64,000 nucleotides of DNA from Eledone cirrhosa (GCA_964016885.1 OZ024753.1:14508001-14572000), one strand, 5' to 3'; shown: positions 38,052-52,562, counted from the first letter of the stretch. Notes: generated by a model not told the origin, from the sequence alone. Translations and numbers: made by a program.

Positions 38052-39819
38052 TGTATGTATATATGTATCGTGTGCGTGGATGTATGTGTGCATTTAGATG
38101 TATAATTACATGCTTGTTGCTGAAAGATTTATAATACCTGTTATAGGTGAGGTTGTCCTAATTGCTTTTGTTTAACACCCCACCCCCCATTCCTCTAGTT
38201 GTTCCTCTCCAAGATGACCTCTGATTAGAACTTAGACTATATGGTGTCACCAAATAGTGACCGTATCATGTCCTTCTATTTCGGAATGGTCTACTTCTAG
38301 AGTACATTACCTTAGTTTTCGCTTACAAAAATGGTAAGATGTGATTTGAAAGAATTGAAGCTAACATTTCTGGCTGGTTAAACTACCATATCTAGGCCCT
38401 TTCATTGATTCATATAAGTTTTGTGATGTATGAAGGTTTGTTAGTTGTGCAAAGATTAATTTAATTTGAGAAATCAATGCAGCTAGAAGTTGTTTTTTAT
38501 TGTTTAGTGTGGGTTTGTATAGTTTAAATTGATTAGGTCACCGATGTGAATTACCAGAGTCATTAGCGCACCAGGTAAAATACTACTTGTTATTTATTTC
38601 AACTCTATGTGCTCTGAGTTCCCAGCCTACTATGTTCAACTTTGCCTTGCATCTGTTCAGGGTTGATAAATAAAGTAGCAGTCTAGATGTAGTGAGATAG
38701 TGAGATTGGTGAAATTGTTAGTGTCTCACAACTTATACTTTGCAATATCACTTTCAGTCTGACTTTGCTCGTGACATTACTTGTATCATGCAGTATCAGC
38801 CCTTGTCTTTTCTTTTGACAATATTACTGGCATAGAGTAAAGAAGTCTTGTACGTATCGACACCTACTAGCCTTCCATTAGAAAAAAAACACACAAAAAA
38901 AAACCAAACCTTTTCTAGACCTTCACATTAGAAAAAAACTTTCAAAATGCAGACCCAGCCCCGAAAAATGTATTATTAATATATCAATATATAACTGACA
39001 TTTACTATATTGAAACCCTTGCTAGAAGAGAAAATGGAGTCACCCTAAATCTGTTCTATATTTGGACTTGGGTCAGAAATAAAGAGAGAAAAAATTCAAA
39101 TTATTTAAACACTAAAATCCAAAATCCGGAGAAACTTGAAATAGTCCATCTCTTCTAGAACTATCATCGTTTTTTATGAGTATTAAGTCCTTGCCCTGTG
39201 TTTAAGAGTATAGAAGAGTGCGAGAGAAGCTTTGCAGTTTACTGTTCTGTTTTATATGTAAATAGTGTTAAACTTAAATACACCCTAAACTGCATTTGGA
39301 ATAAAGACATAGCAATAATCATTCTTAACAAAATTGAAAAAAAAAAGAAAAATTAATTAGACTGTGTGCAATCAAACCAGTTTTGTGTAACAGAACAGCG
39401 GCAGCAGCAAAAGCAGCAAAACTGTTATATACCTACTCTAAAATTATATAATTCCAAATTTCAATGGTGTGAATAAATATCAACATTTTTACATCACATT
39501 TCAATCCATTTGAACAGCCAAATTGATCAGAAATAATTCTATAAAATTTATCATCACTTACAGCCAATTAAAGCATCTGAAAGCATATAAACATGCACTA
39601 GAAAAACAAGAAACTCTACAGAAATGGAAGCAGTCCAATCATTAATAGCAAATGCTCCACCCCAACCAATCGCACCTCTCCAAAAAATTCCATTAAAGAA
39701 TTAATAAAATTTTACAGTCACTCAATAATATAGCATTTATAAAATATGTTTTTTAAAAGATTTTGTATTTGTAGGATAAAATTAGTTTCTCAAATGGTGT
39801 TTTAATGACATTGATATAT

Positions 39820-39863
<44 letters not shown>

Positions 39864-39874
39864 CATTTATATAT

Positions 39875-39921
<47 letters not shown>

Positions 39922-40012
39922 GATACACATATACATATATACTTATACATATACATATATATATATATACACATATACAGATACACATATACACTTATAT
40001 ATATACATATAC

Positions 40013-40043
<31 letters not shown>

Positions 40044-40183
40044 CTTATATATATACATATACATATATATACATATACATATATATACATATATATATAT
40101 ATATTTATATACTTATATATATACATATACATATATAGATACATATACCCATATATATACATATATACACATATATACATATA

Positions 40184-42727
40184 ATCATCATCATCATCAT
40201 CATTGTTTAACGTCCATATTCCACGCTTGCATGGGTTAGGACGGGAGTTTTCCCACTTGAGGCAAGATTGGTTGTCTTGCTCGTATAGGACTGTCTGGTG
40301 GGTTTTCTACGGCTGGATGCCCTTCCTAATACCAACCACATTTACAGTGTGGAACTGGTAGGTTTTTACCGTGTTACCTACACGGCCACATTATAGCGTG
40401 GACTGTGTATTTTTTTGTCATGACACCTACACGACCTCATTTGTTTCGGGCTGGATGTTGTGGTACCAACATAACTTTACATTGAAAGGGGTGGTGTGGA
40501 TGAGGTGGGGGTAGTGGGACGGGGTGTATTTTATTAGAGGAGCCTACTGACTGTAGTAGGTTTCACTTTGTACTTAGGTAAGGCGGGTCTTCTCTATTAC
40601 TGTGTAGCGCCAAAGATCTCGGTCCAGTGACATTATCTTGGAGAGGTGTAAGTGTGTGAGGTCGGAATTTATCAAGTCGTCCCAGGTTTTTCTGGGTCTG
40701 CCTACTCCGTGGCTACCGTCTATTTTTATTGCCCTGCACTTTTTTATACAGCTGTCGTCTTTCATGCGCATCACGTGACCATAACAACGTAGTCTTCTCT
40801 CGAGTAAACAACATCTGATCCCTCTTATTTCTAATTTTTCCCTTAGTTCATTTATGCTTTGCCGTTCACGTATATTACTATTACACATCCAGCGGAGCAT
40901 GCAAGCTTCGTTCCTCTCCAGTCTGCATATATCCTCTGCACACAATGCCCAGGTCTCACTGCCATGTAACATTGCTGTTCGTATGCAGGCATCATACAGC
41001 CTGCCTTTCATTTTTAGGGAGAACCCTTTAGCGGCTAATAGTGGTATAAGCTCTCTGAACTTTTTCCATCCAGTTCTGACTCTAGCTACTGTACTTTCAG
41101 AGCACCCTCCCCCACAGCTGATTTTGTCACCCAGGTAACGGAAGCTGTCCACTATTTCTATAGAACCATCTGTGCAATGGAATGAGCTAGTATTCTGTGG
41201 GCACTTGCTGCTACTTATTGCACCAGAGCACTGACCACATATAATATCTATGTTCTTAGTTAGCTTACCTGTGATCCCACTACATCTTTTATGCACCCAT
41301 ACTTTGCATTTGGGACATAAAATGGAGTTTCTACCTACTCATTTCCTACACACTGAGCATGGCCATTTCCCGGATGGGACCGGCGCCCTATTTTCTTTCC
41401 TACAAACTAGAACTTTAGTCTTAGACAGGTTAATTTTAAGGCCTTATGATTCTAGGCCATGCATCCATGTTTGGAATTTCTTCTCTAGTTCGGCCATTGA
41501 TTCAGCTATGAGCGTTAGATCATCTGTGTATAGGAGTTCCCATGGGCAGCCAGTCTTGAACTCCACTGTTAAAGCCTGACGGGCAATAATAAATAGTAGG
41601 GGGCTAAGAACGGAGCCCTGATGAACACCAACTTTTACGCTAAACTCTTCACTATATTCGTTGTTAATTCTAACCTTGCTGACTGTTTCTTTATACATGG
41701 CTTGTATAGCTCTCACAAGCCATTCATCAACACCTAGTTTTCTAAGAGCCCACCAGATAATGGAACGGGGGACTCTGTCGAAGGCTTTCTCCAAGTCGAC
41801 AAAAGCTAAGTATAGGGGTTTACTTTTAGCTAGGTACTTCTCCTGTAGTTGTCGTACAATGAAAAGAGCGTCTGTGGTACTTTTACCTGACACAAACCCG
41901 AACTGCATTTCATCTAGATCAATTCTCTCTCTGATTAGTTGCGCTATTACTTTTTCTGTGACCTTCATGACCTGGTCGATTAATTTAATGCCTCTATAGT
42001 TACTCCTATCTAGGGCATCACCTTTACCCTTGTAGCAGTTAATGATGATGCTGCTATGCCAGTCCTTCAGAACAACCCCATTCTGTATGACTTGGTTTAC
42101 TATCCGAGTGACCATGGTGTGTCCCACCATTCCAGAAGCTTTCAGCATTTCAGCAACTATTTCCGAAGGCCCAGCCGCCTTACCCGTCTTTATGTCTTTG
42201 ATTGCCTTACTTATTATACTACCTTCGACTAACAATGCTGGTCCCGCTATTGGGTCGATGTGGGGGAGACTGTCTTTCTCCCATTTATTCTCCTCATTTA
42301 GTAGCCTTTTCCTTGACATATTGCCTAGCAATCCTGAACACTTCACGTTTTTGGTCCTCGCGTTGTAGAACATGCTTGAACTTTCTTTCCTCTGCTTCAC
42401 TTCTTGCGAAGTACACTTGTCTCCTAGCTTCCCTCCTGGCCACTTGATAGTCATCTCTACTTCCCCCATCCCGCCATACTTTCCAAGCATGCTTTTTGGC
42501 CTTAATTGACTCCTCCACCTTACTGTTCCACCACCATGTTACTCTCCTCCTGCCTATAGGCCTGCTCCAGCCACAGACTTCGTCTGCCACCATCAGCAGA
42601 TTTGCTTTCAGGTATTCCCACTGTTCCTCTATATTGTATGACTCTAAATGCTCTTCCTTACTGTCGAAAGCATCAAGTAATATGCTTTTAAATTTATTTC
42701 TGGCTGTGGGGTCCTTTAGCTTCCATA
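40184..42727 (-). mobile_element. RTE LINE family A, 5'-truncated, with an about 100-bp internal deletion and an in-frame stop
   Basis: RT motifs as at 25694-28282, with YADD changed to YTDD. Confidence 0.93.
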
Positions 42728-42896
42728 TATATATACTTATATATATACACACACACACATATATATACTTATATATATACACATATATATATACTTATAT
42801 ATATACACACACACACATATATATACTTATATATATATACACATATATATATACTTATATATATACACACACACACATATATATACTTATATATAT

Positions 42897-42927
<31 letters not shown>

Positions 42928-42995
42928 CATTTCTATATACATATATATATATCATCATCATCTTCGTTTAACGTTCATCTTCCGTGCTAGCATGG

Positions 42996-43067
<72 letters not shown>

Positions 43068-43102
43068 TATATATATATGTATATATATATACATATATAT
43101 AT

Positions 43103-44420
43103 CTGAATCAATGGCTGAACTAGAGAAGAAATTCCAAACATGGAAGCATGGCCTAGAATCAAAAGGCCTTAAAGTTAACTTGTCTAAGACTAAAGTTCTA
43201 GTTTGTAGGAAGGAAAATAGGGCACCGGTCCCATCCGGGAAATGGCCATGCTCAGTGTGTAGGAAAGGAGTAGGTAGAAACTCCATTTTATGTCCCAAAT
43301 GCAAAGTATGGGTGCATAAAAGATGTAGTGGGATCACAGGTAAGCTAACTAAGAACATAGATTTTTATATGTGGCCGGTGCTCTGGTGCAATAAGTAGCA
43401 GCAAGTGCCCACAGAATACTAACTCATTCCATTGCACAGATGGTTCTATAGAAATAGTGGACAGCTTCCGTTACCTGGGGGATAAAATCAGCAGTGGGGG
43501 AGGGTGCTCTGAAAGTACAGTAGCTAGAGTCAGAACTGGATGGAAAACGTTCAGAGAGCTTATACCAATATTGGCCGCTAAAGAGTTCTCTCTAAAAATG
43601 AAAGGCAGGCTGTATGATGCCTGCATACGAACAGCAATGTTACATGGCAGTGAGACCTGGGCATTGTGTGCAGAGGATATACGCAGACTGGAGAGAAACG
43701 AAGCTTGCATGCTCCACTGGATGTGTAATAGTAATATACATGAACGGCAAAGCATAAACGAACTAAGGGAGAAATTAGAAATAAGAGGGATCAGATGTTG
43801 TTTACTCGAGAGAAGACTACGTTGGTATGGTCACGTGATGCGCATGAAAGACGACAGCTGTATAAAAAAGTGCAGGGCAATAAAAATAGATGGTAGCCAC
43901 GGAGTAGGCAGACCCAGAAAAACATGGGACGAGCTGATAAATTCCGACCTCACACACTTACACCTCTCCAAGACAATGTTACTGGACTGAGATCTTTGGC
44001 GCTACACAGTAATACAGAAGACCTGCCTTACCTAAGTGCAAAGTGAAACCTACTACAGTCAGTAGGCACCTCTAACAAAATACACCCCCGTCCCACTACC
44101 CCCACCTCATCCACACCACCCCTTTCAATGTAAAGTTATGTTGGTACCACAACATCCAGCCCCAAACAAATGAGGTCGTGTAGGTGTCACAACAAAAAAA
44201 CACAGTCCACGCTGTAATGTGGTGGCGTAGGTAACACGGTAAAAACCTCCCAGCCCCACACTGTAAATGTGGTTGATGTTAGGAAGGGCATCCAGCCATA
44301 GAAAACCCGCCAGACAGTCCTATGCGAGCAAGACAACCACTCTTGCCTCAAGTGGGAAAACTCCCATCCAGACCCATGCGAGCGTGGAATATGGATGTTA
44401 AACGAAGATGATGATGATGA
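43103..44420 (+). mobile_element. RTE LINE family A, 5'-truncated, frameshifted
   Basis: Inverted homolog of 40184-41505. Confidence 0.93.
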
Positions 44421-45307
44421 CATACATATATACCTGTACATACATATATACATGCACATACATATATATACAAGTATCTATATACACACATATATACATA
44501 TACACACATATATACATATACACACATATATACATATACATACATATACACACATATATACATATAGATACATATATATATATATATATATATAAACACA
44601 CATATATATATATATACAGATACATATATATATATATGTGTGCATGTGTGTGTGTGTATATGTATATATATATACATATAAACACACACATATATATATA
44701 TATACAGATACATATATATAAACACACACATATACATATATACAGATACAGATATATATATATATATATATGTGTGTATGTGTGTATATATATATATATA
44801 TGTGTGTGTATGTGTGTATATATATATATAAAGTAATAATATATGTAAACTATTTTTTCCTTTAGTAGTGACATGGGACATGTTTTATTTCTTTGAAAAC
44901 ACTTAAAACTTCCTTCCTACTTGATGTTGAAGATGCATTGTTACATAAGTTGTATATATTATCTCGTTATCTGTTTCTCTCTAGTCCCACATCATTCTTT
45001 TATATCTAAATAACCAATCAATAAATCTGACCTAAGATACAGTTCAACCTTTCATTTGTAATTCTCCTACAGAGATTGTTTCTCTTTTATAAACTAACAA
45101 ACAAACAAACAAACAAACAAAACTGATCAGCTTTCAATGTTTCTGTTTCTTTTCCAGTAATATTTAGTAGCTTTCATTGTCATTGGCTCCCATTTACACA
45201 TTTTTCATAGCAACTTTAGTCTTTCTTTAATGTTTTTTCACTGCTTCCCACTTTCGACTGTGGCCATGCTAGATATTTTCCACATTTTCTTCAAATATTA
45301 TTATTTT

Positions 45308-46666
45308 CATTCTGAGTTCAAACCCAGTCGAAGGTTAGCTGTGCCTTTCATACTTAAGGGAGGTGATATAATTAAGCACCAGTAATGTGCTGGTGTCAAT
45401 TTAATCGACTTTCCCATCCCCCACATTGTTCGCCTTGTGCCTAAATCAGAAACTATTATTATTATTATTATTATTATTATCATCATCAACAAAGGGCGGT
45501 GGATTGGCAGTATCGGTAGAGGGTCGAATGCCATGCTTTGCAGCATAGAGTTACGGCTCTTTAAGGTCTGAGTTCAAATCCCGCCGAGGTTAACTTTGCC
45601 TCTCATCCTTACGGTGTCGATAAAATAAATTACCAGTAATGTACTGAGATAATTGCTGGCCTTGTGCCAAAAGTAGAAACAATTATTATTATTTAGACCT
45701 TCTTCATAGCAGCTTAAGCCTTTATGTTTTATCTGCTTCCATCTGTCGTTGTGGTCATGCTAGTTATGCTCTACATTTTGGACCACAATATCACTATTAT
45801 TTGGAGGAGGGTTAATGCTGGCAACACTAAAGACATTTGAGGTCGTTAAATTGAGAGAGAGGACTCATTAAATCTACAACACAAACAGACCCATGGCCAT
45901 ATCTGAACCCAGGAAACAAAGAATTGAAGTAAATGCTACAAGGCATCTGATCTAATCGCGACCATTCTACGAATCTACTACACTGGACAATTTCTACCAA
46001 TCTACAGATCTGGACCATTCTACCAATCCACTACACTGGAACATTCTACAAATTCTACCAATTTACAGATCTGGACCATTCTACCAATCCACTACACTGG
46101 AACATTCTACAAATTCCACCAATCTACAGATCTGGACCATTCTAATAATCCTACCAATCCATGACCCTGGACCATTCTACCAATTCTACCAATCTACAGA
46201 TCTGGACCATTCTACCAATTCTACCAATCCACTACTCTGGACCATTCTAGTAATGGTTTCTGGTTTAGACACAAGGCCAGTAATCTGGGGGGAGGGGAAA
46301 GTCAATTAAATCGAGCCCAGCGTGTGTCTGGTACTTTATTTTATCGACCCCGTAAGGATGAAAGGCAAAGCTAATCTTGGCAGGATTTGAACTCAGAACG
46401 TAAAGGGACATAACTCTATGCTGAAAAGCATGGCTTCCGACCCTCTACTGATACTGCCAATCCACCACCCTTTTAATAATTGTTTCTACTTTTGGCATAA
46501 GGCCAGCAATTATCCCAGTGTATTACTGGTACTTTATTTTATCAACCCCGTAAGGATGAAAGGCAAAGTTAACCTTGGCGGCATTTGAACTCAGACCATA
46601 AAGGGCCGTAACTCTTAGCTGCAAAGCATGGCGTCCGACCCTCTAGTGATACTGCCAATCCACCGC
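45308..46666. mobile_element. SINE S1 cluster (45308-45455 +, 45494-45690 +, 46254-46470 -, 46480-46666 -) around a degenerate ACCATTCTACCAAT repeat (45960-46250)
   Basis: Matches to the S1 consensus plus a short degenerate tandem repeat. Confidence 0.8.
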
Positions 46667-47095
46667 ATGCTACCAAACCATTGCTCTGGACCATTCTATC
46701 AATGGTGCCAATCCAAAGCTCTGGGCCAGCACTTTATTTTATCAACCCAGAAAGAGATGAAAGGCAAAGTTTACCTCGGCAGAATTTAATTTCAGAGTAC
46801 AGAGAGCTGCAACAAATATCAGACTATTTTTTCTAATGCTATAACCCTTTCTTGACTGCATTTCTAATTAAATACAGTCTGTTTCAATTAATTAATGAAG
46901 AATTTTAAGGGATTTACTAAAATTATTAATTATTTCATTACTAAGATAACTTAATGTAAGGTTCTTATATGAAATTATATTAGAAGATTTTAATATAAAT
47001 TAACAATCTTTAAAATGGGTGATTTTATTTCATAGTTTTGGCTGGGTTGGTAACTAAAGGGTTAAAAGATCTGCCAATGTGCTGCTTGGTCTGGT

Positions 47096-48288
47096 GTTAG
47101 GGTTACATCTGGTAGTCAATGATTCTGTGACCCGGCGTTAGGGCTACATCTGGTAGTCAATGATGCTGTGACCCAGCATTAGGGCTACATCTGGGAGTCA
47201 ATGATACTGTGACCCAGCGTTAGGGTTACATCTGGTAGTCAATGATGCTGTGACCCAGCGTTAGGGCTACATCTGGGAGTCAATGATGCTGTGACCCAGC
47301 GTCAGGGCTACATCTGGTAGTCAATGATGCTGTGACCCAGCGTCAGGGCTACATCTGGTAGTCAATGATACTGTGACCCAGCGTTAGGGCTACATCTGGG
47401 AGTCAATGATACTGTGACCCAGCGTTAGGGCTACATCTGGTAGTCAATGATACTGTGACCCAGCGTTAGGGCTACATCTGGGAGTCAATGATACTGTGAC
47501 CCAGCGTTAGGGCTACATCTGGTAGTCAATGATGCTGTGACCCAGCGTTAGGGCTACATCTGGTAGTCAATGATGCTGTGACCCAGCGTTAGGGTTACAT
47601 CTGGTAGTCAATGATGCTGTGACCCAGCGTTAGGGCTACATCTGGTAGTCAATGATATTGTGACCCAGCATTAGGGCTACATCTGGTAGTCAATGATGCT
47701 GTGACCCAGCGTCAGGGCTACATCTGGTAGTCAATGATGCTGTGACCCAGCGTTAGGGCTACATCTGGTAGTCAATGATGCTGTGACCCAGCGTTAGGGC
47801 TACATCTGGTAGTCAATGATGCTGTGACCCAGCGTCAGGGCTACATCTGGTAGTCAATGATACTGTGACCCAGCGTTAGGGCTACATCTGGTAGTCAATG
47901 ATGCTGTGACCCAGCGTTAGGGCTACATCTGGTAGTCAATGATGCTGTGACCCAGCGTTAGGGCTACATCTGGTAGTCAATGATGCTGTGACCCAGCGTT
48001 AGGGCTACATCTGGTAGTCAATGATACTGTGACCCAGCATTAGGGCTACATCTGGTAGTCAATGATACTGTGACCCAGCGTTAGGGCTACATCTGGTAGT
48101 CAATGATACTGTGACCCAGCATTAGGGCTACATCTGGTAGTCAATGATACTGTGACCCAGCGTTAGGGCTACATCTGGTAGTCAATGATACTGTGACCCA
48201 GCATTAGGGCTACATCTGGTAGTCAATGATACTGTGACCCAGCATTAGGGCTACATCTGGTAGTCAATGATACTGTGACCCAGCGTTA
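47096..48288. repeat. Minisatellite, 41-bp unit, 29 copies
   Basis: Unit GTTAGGGCTACATCTGGTAGTCAATGATGCTGTGACCCAGC. Confidence 0.97.
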
Positions 48289-48337
48289 AAGGAGTTATAT
48301 TGTGGTTATAATGTTAACCTAGTTAAGGTAGTATGGT

Positions 48338-48985
48338 ATAGGTTATAGTATTACAGTATAGGTTATAGTATTACAGTATAGGTTATAGTATTACAGTACA
48401 GGTTATAGTATTATGGTATAGGTTATAGTATTATGGTATAGGTTATAGTATTACAGTACAGGTTATAGTATTACAGTATTGGTTATAGTATTACTGTATA
48501 GGTATTAAGGTACATCATCATTTTACGTCCGCTTTTCTCTGCTTGCAAGGGTGGGACGGGAACTGATTCTGGCTTGATTTCTACAGCTGGATGCCCTTCC
48601 TAACACCAACCTCATTTACAGTGAGTGCTGGGTGCTTTTTTTTTCCTTGGCACCTCCACGACCACTTTACAGTGTGGGCTGGGTGCTTTTTTGCCGTGGC
48701 ACCTCCACGACCACTTTACAGTGTGGGCTGGGTGCTTTTTTGCCGTGGCACCTCCACGACCACTTTGCAGTGGAATGATATGGACCCCAGTTCTATCATC
48801 TCATTTCTACAGCTGAGTAAACTGGAGCAATGTGAAGTAAAGTGTCTTGCTCAAGGAAACAACACATCATGAGGTCTGAGAATTGAACTCACAGCCTTTC
48901 GATTGCAAGGCCAATGCTCTAACCACTAAGCCATGTGCCTCCATACAGGTTATAGTATTATGTTACAGGTTATAGTATTATAGTA
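48338..48985. repeat. 20-bp minisatellite (TATAGGTTATAGTATTACAG) interrupted by SINE S2 (48513-48942, -)
   Basis: The repeat resumes after the SINE head. The SINE carries a triplicated tail module. Confidence 0.85.
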
Positions 48986-49399
48986 GGTAGTTAAGATAGT
49001 ATGGTACAGGTTGATGTTGAAGTTAACACTGTAACTATAGGGTTAAGGTAATATTGCCAGGTGGTGCTATTAAGTTAGACATGGCCTGGGCCAATACTGA
49101 CCGAAAGTTATCAAAATTATAATACTATAACATAGTTACAGTAATAAGGTGAAGTACTGGAGTTAAACCTGATACTATGATTAAGGGTTTAGTGAAGTTG
49201 TATGACAGTGATTAGGGCATTCACAGCATGATTGTAAGTTAATGAGTTTGACTCCCAGGAGTGCATTGTGTTCTTGAGCAAGACATTTTATTTTACATTG
49301 TTCCAGTCCACTCAGCTGGAAAAATTGATTTGTACCTGTAATTCAAATAACCAGCCCTGTCACACGGTGACTGTTTGAATCTCAATGAAAATTACACTA

Positions 49400-49698
49400 C
49401 CCTTTAGCATTTATATTACTCTCTATATATACTGTTGTATTTTCATGGTAAAGGCTTTACCTCACATAATATCTCAAATAACATTTACATTACTCTCTAT
49501 ATACTATTGTATTTTTATCGTAAAGTCTTTACCTAACATAATTATCTCACATAATATCAAATCTATGAGATTTTGATATTATTTATTTTGAGAACAATAC
49601 CTTAACATCAGTATGAGTGACCAGTTAAGCCGGTTTCAACAGAAAGAGGTGAGAGAATTCTGGCTGGATATGGCTGGTTTAAATGCTAAAGCATTAAA
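49400..49698 (+). mobile_element. piggyBac-like TTAA MITE with an internal duplication
   Basis: CCCTTTAGCATTT ... AAATGCTAAAG. Confidence 0.7.
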
Positions 49699-50651
49699 AA
49701 AGGTGTCAATGCTTTTATGGTTATATTAAAGCAGAGATAGTTTGATTTCTTATAGAAGGGACCTAATTGTAAATTTATATTGGGAAGTAAATCTGTTTAA
49801 TAAAATTACAGTATTTATATTTCTGTTTCAACTCATTTGAAATGATTGGAGAGGTATTAGTTTTGGTAGTGTTGTTGTTGGTGGTGGTAGTAGTAGAATT
49901 TCTGACATGAGAGAGTAAGAGTGGGAGGTTTTATAAAATGGTAATTCTTGTTTAAATTTGGTTACATTTGAAACTACATAAAATTTTGTATTGAAATTTG
50001 ATCATATGCCATATATAGTGAAGTAGGTTAGATGTCATTATAGATCTACTGGGTTTTAGATTCAAGTGGGACATATTTTTTACATATTTTTCTGAAGAAA
50101 CCACAGGACATTCATATGTTAATTAGTTGGTGGATTTTTTGGTTGTTTTGTTTGTTGTCATTGTTTATATGTGAAAGCTGAGCTAGTAAAGGAAAGAAAG
50201 AAGAGAAAAAACCAGTTCCCAGTTTGAATTTTAATAAATTCCCCCAAAACATGACAACCAAACAAAGCTGACAGCTGACTTGAAAATTACTTTAAACATC
50301 ATCAAAAACATTGAATTAAAATTGCAGTGAATTCAATTTCCCAATCAATCAATTTTATAAAAAAAAAAAAAAGAAGAATGAAGAAACCTTCTTTAAAAAA
50401 CACATTTATATCAAATTTGCAGCTATTTAATCTTTCGAAGAATGTGACATTTTAACACTTCTTCAAGTCAGCTTATCATTGAGTATTTCATCGGCTGACT
50501 TGAATATCAAGTTACATAGCATTTCAATTGTTATTTTCAAAATAATTCTAATTCTAGCAGGGGAAAAAATTTAATAAAAGACAATCAAAACTTAACAGAC
50601 ATTGGAGAAAGCCGTCGCCAAAAAAAAAAAAAACAGAGAGAGAAAGAGAGC

Positions 50652-50689
<38 letters not shown>

Positions 50690-51788
50690 AAAATTGAAAA
50701 ACAATGTTAGAAAAAAAGAAAAATGCATATCAAAAAAAAGCATAATGAAGAAAATATTAGTTTGATCGAAGCATCGGGCAACTAGTTCACAGACCACTTA
50801 GAACATTGGGAAACTGGGGAAATGGGCAAACCTGCTGGTATTGGGCGTGCGGAATGGATATATAGATGCCGCGGGTAAGCGGGTCCAACCCTGCGTTTCC
50901 TATGCCCTAAAATTGGAAAGGAAATTTGGTCCACAGTAATATAAATTGCTGGATTAAAAAAAAAAAATGGGACGACGAAATATTTTTTAAATATTTTTTT
51001 TTTTTCGCGTTTAGTTAACTTAACGTCCTGTACTGCATAAAACTGCATTAGCAAGACATTCTTAAAAAGTACAAAAACTGCACTATGACTACATCACATT
51101 AACAAGTAAAGTATTTAGTCTAATACTGCTCATTGTTACAACAATCTAACTATTAGTAACGATACTATAAACAGTTGAATTAACAAACCCATTTTAAGAT
51201 TCTTTTTGCTAAATCATTACAGGATGTTAAGAGTTAAATTAAAGAATTTCTCAATCTGGATTAAAATAATTTCACTTTTTCTTTTTTTGCTTGAGGACTA
51301 ATTTGAAAGTCTAACAGAAGTTAGAAGCAGAAACCATAAATGTTTATAATGACACAAACAGTTGTTTTGCTATGAAGTATCTGTTATGAATTAAAAATAT
51401 GAATTTGTGTATCAAATAAACTTTCAGAATGTTTGATATCAACGATTATGTATTATCTCCTTTTTTAACTATATATATTTTTAAATTGAAATAATTTTAC
51501 ATCGGAGGAATTAGTGAGGAGGTTATTTTTAAAAAGTTCTTTAATTCCAAAGCAAGTGCAATTTCTTGCAGAATTCTGAGAGAAAATTAAAGAAAATAAA
51601 CAGTAAAAAAAAAAATCTACAAATTCAAACATCTAAAATATCTTTAGATTAAGTCATTTAAAATTATGGTTAATCAGAAATCTAATTAACAAATTAATAT
51701 ATGCATGTGTGTGTATGAATGAGTGTGAATGTATGTGTGTGTGTATATATATATACCCAAAGAATTATAGCTTCGATGTATATGCATG

Positions 51789-51819
<31 letters not shown>

Positions 51820-52097
51820 TAGTATTAGTGCTCAGAATAGCGATGTATACATGAATGTATGTATAGTATATTTGGCAATATACCGTATGTTTAATTAAAA
51901 ACATTTAGAAGACCATTTGCTATGAGTTTTAAAGTAGTGATTATGCCACTTACTTACTCTCGGCAAACAAGAGAGTAAGTGAATAAGAGAGTAAGTAAGT
52001 GACATAGTCACTACTTTAAAACTCATAGTGAATGGTCTTCTAAATGTTTTTAATTAAACATACGGCATATTGCCAAATATACTATATATACATTCAT
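51820..52097 (-). repeat. Inverted-repeat element (arms 51851-51961 and 51987-52097); family also at 56235-56680
   Basis: About 110-bp arms; homologous sequence at 56235-56340 and 56510-56615. Confidence 0.8.
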
Positions 52098-52397
52098 ATC
52101 ATCATCATCATATCATCAATTTACGCCCGCTTTTCCCTGCTTGCAAGGGTGGGATGGGAACTGATTCTGGCTTGATTTCTACAGCTGGATGCCCTTTCTA
52201 ACACCAACCTCATTTACAGTTAATGCTGGGTGCTTTTTTGCCGTGGCACCTCCACGACCACTTCTACAGCTGAGTAAACTAGAGCAATGTGAAATAAAGT
52301 GTCTTGCTTAAGGAAACAACACATCACGCGGTCTGAGAATTGAACTCACAACCTTTCGATTGCAAGGCCAATGCTCTAACCATTAAGCTATGTGCCT
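52098..52397 (-). mobile_element. SINE S2 with an internal deletion
   Basis: Matches the S2 consensus. Confidence 0.88.
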
Positions 52398-52424
52398 ATA
52401 TCTATATATATATATATATATATA

Positions 52425-52562
52425 GTACAGAATTAGCCGTCGAAACGGCTTGAGCTCAGCCGTCGGGGTCCTACTTGTTCCTATTACCCACTCTACTACC
52501 CTAAGTATTGAGTACTTTGGTGCGTTATGGTCCACCTGGTTCCTTACCACATTTCCTTCGTT
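52425..52562 (+). mobile_element. Short structured element family D (also 34431-34552, 37203-37257, 22517-22529), TA-flanked
   Basis: AGCCGT-CGAA-ACGGCT hairpin, ACTC-TACT/AGTA-TT-GAGT hairpin, and a common 3' end TCCTTCGTT-(TA)n. Confidence 0.6.
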
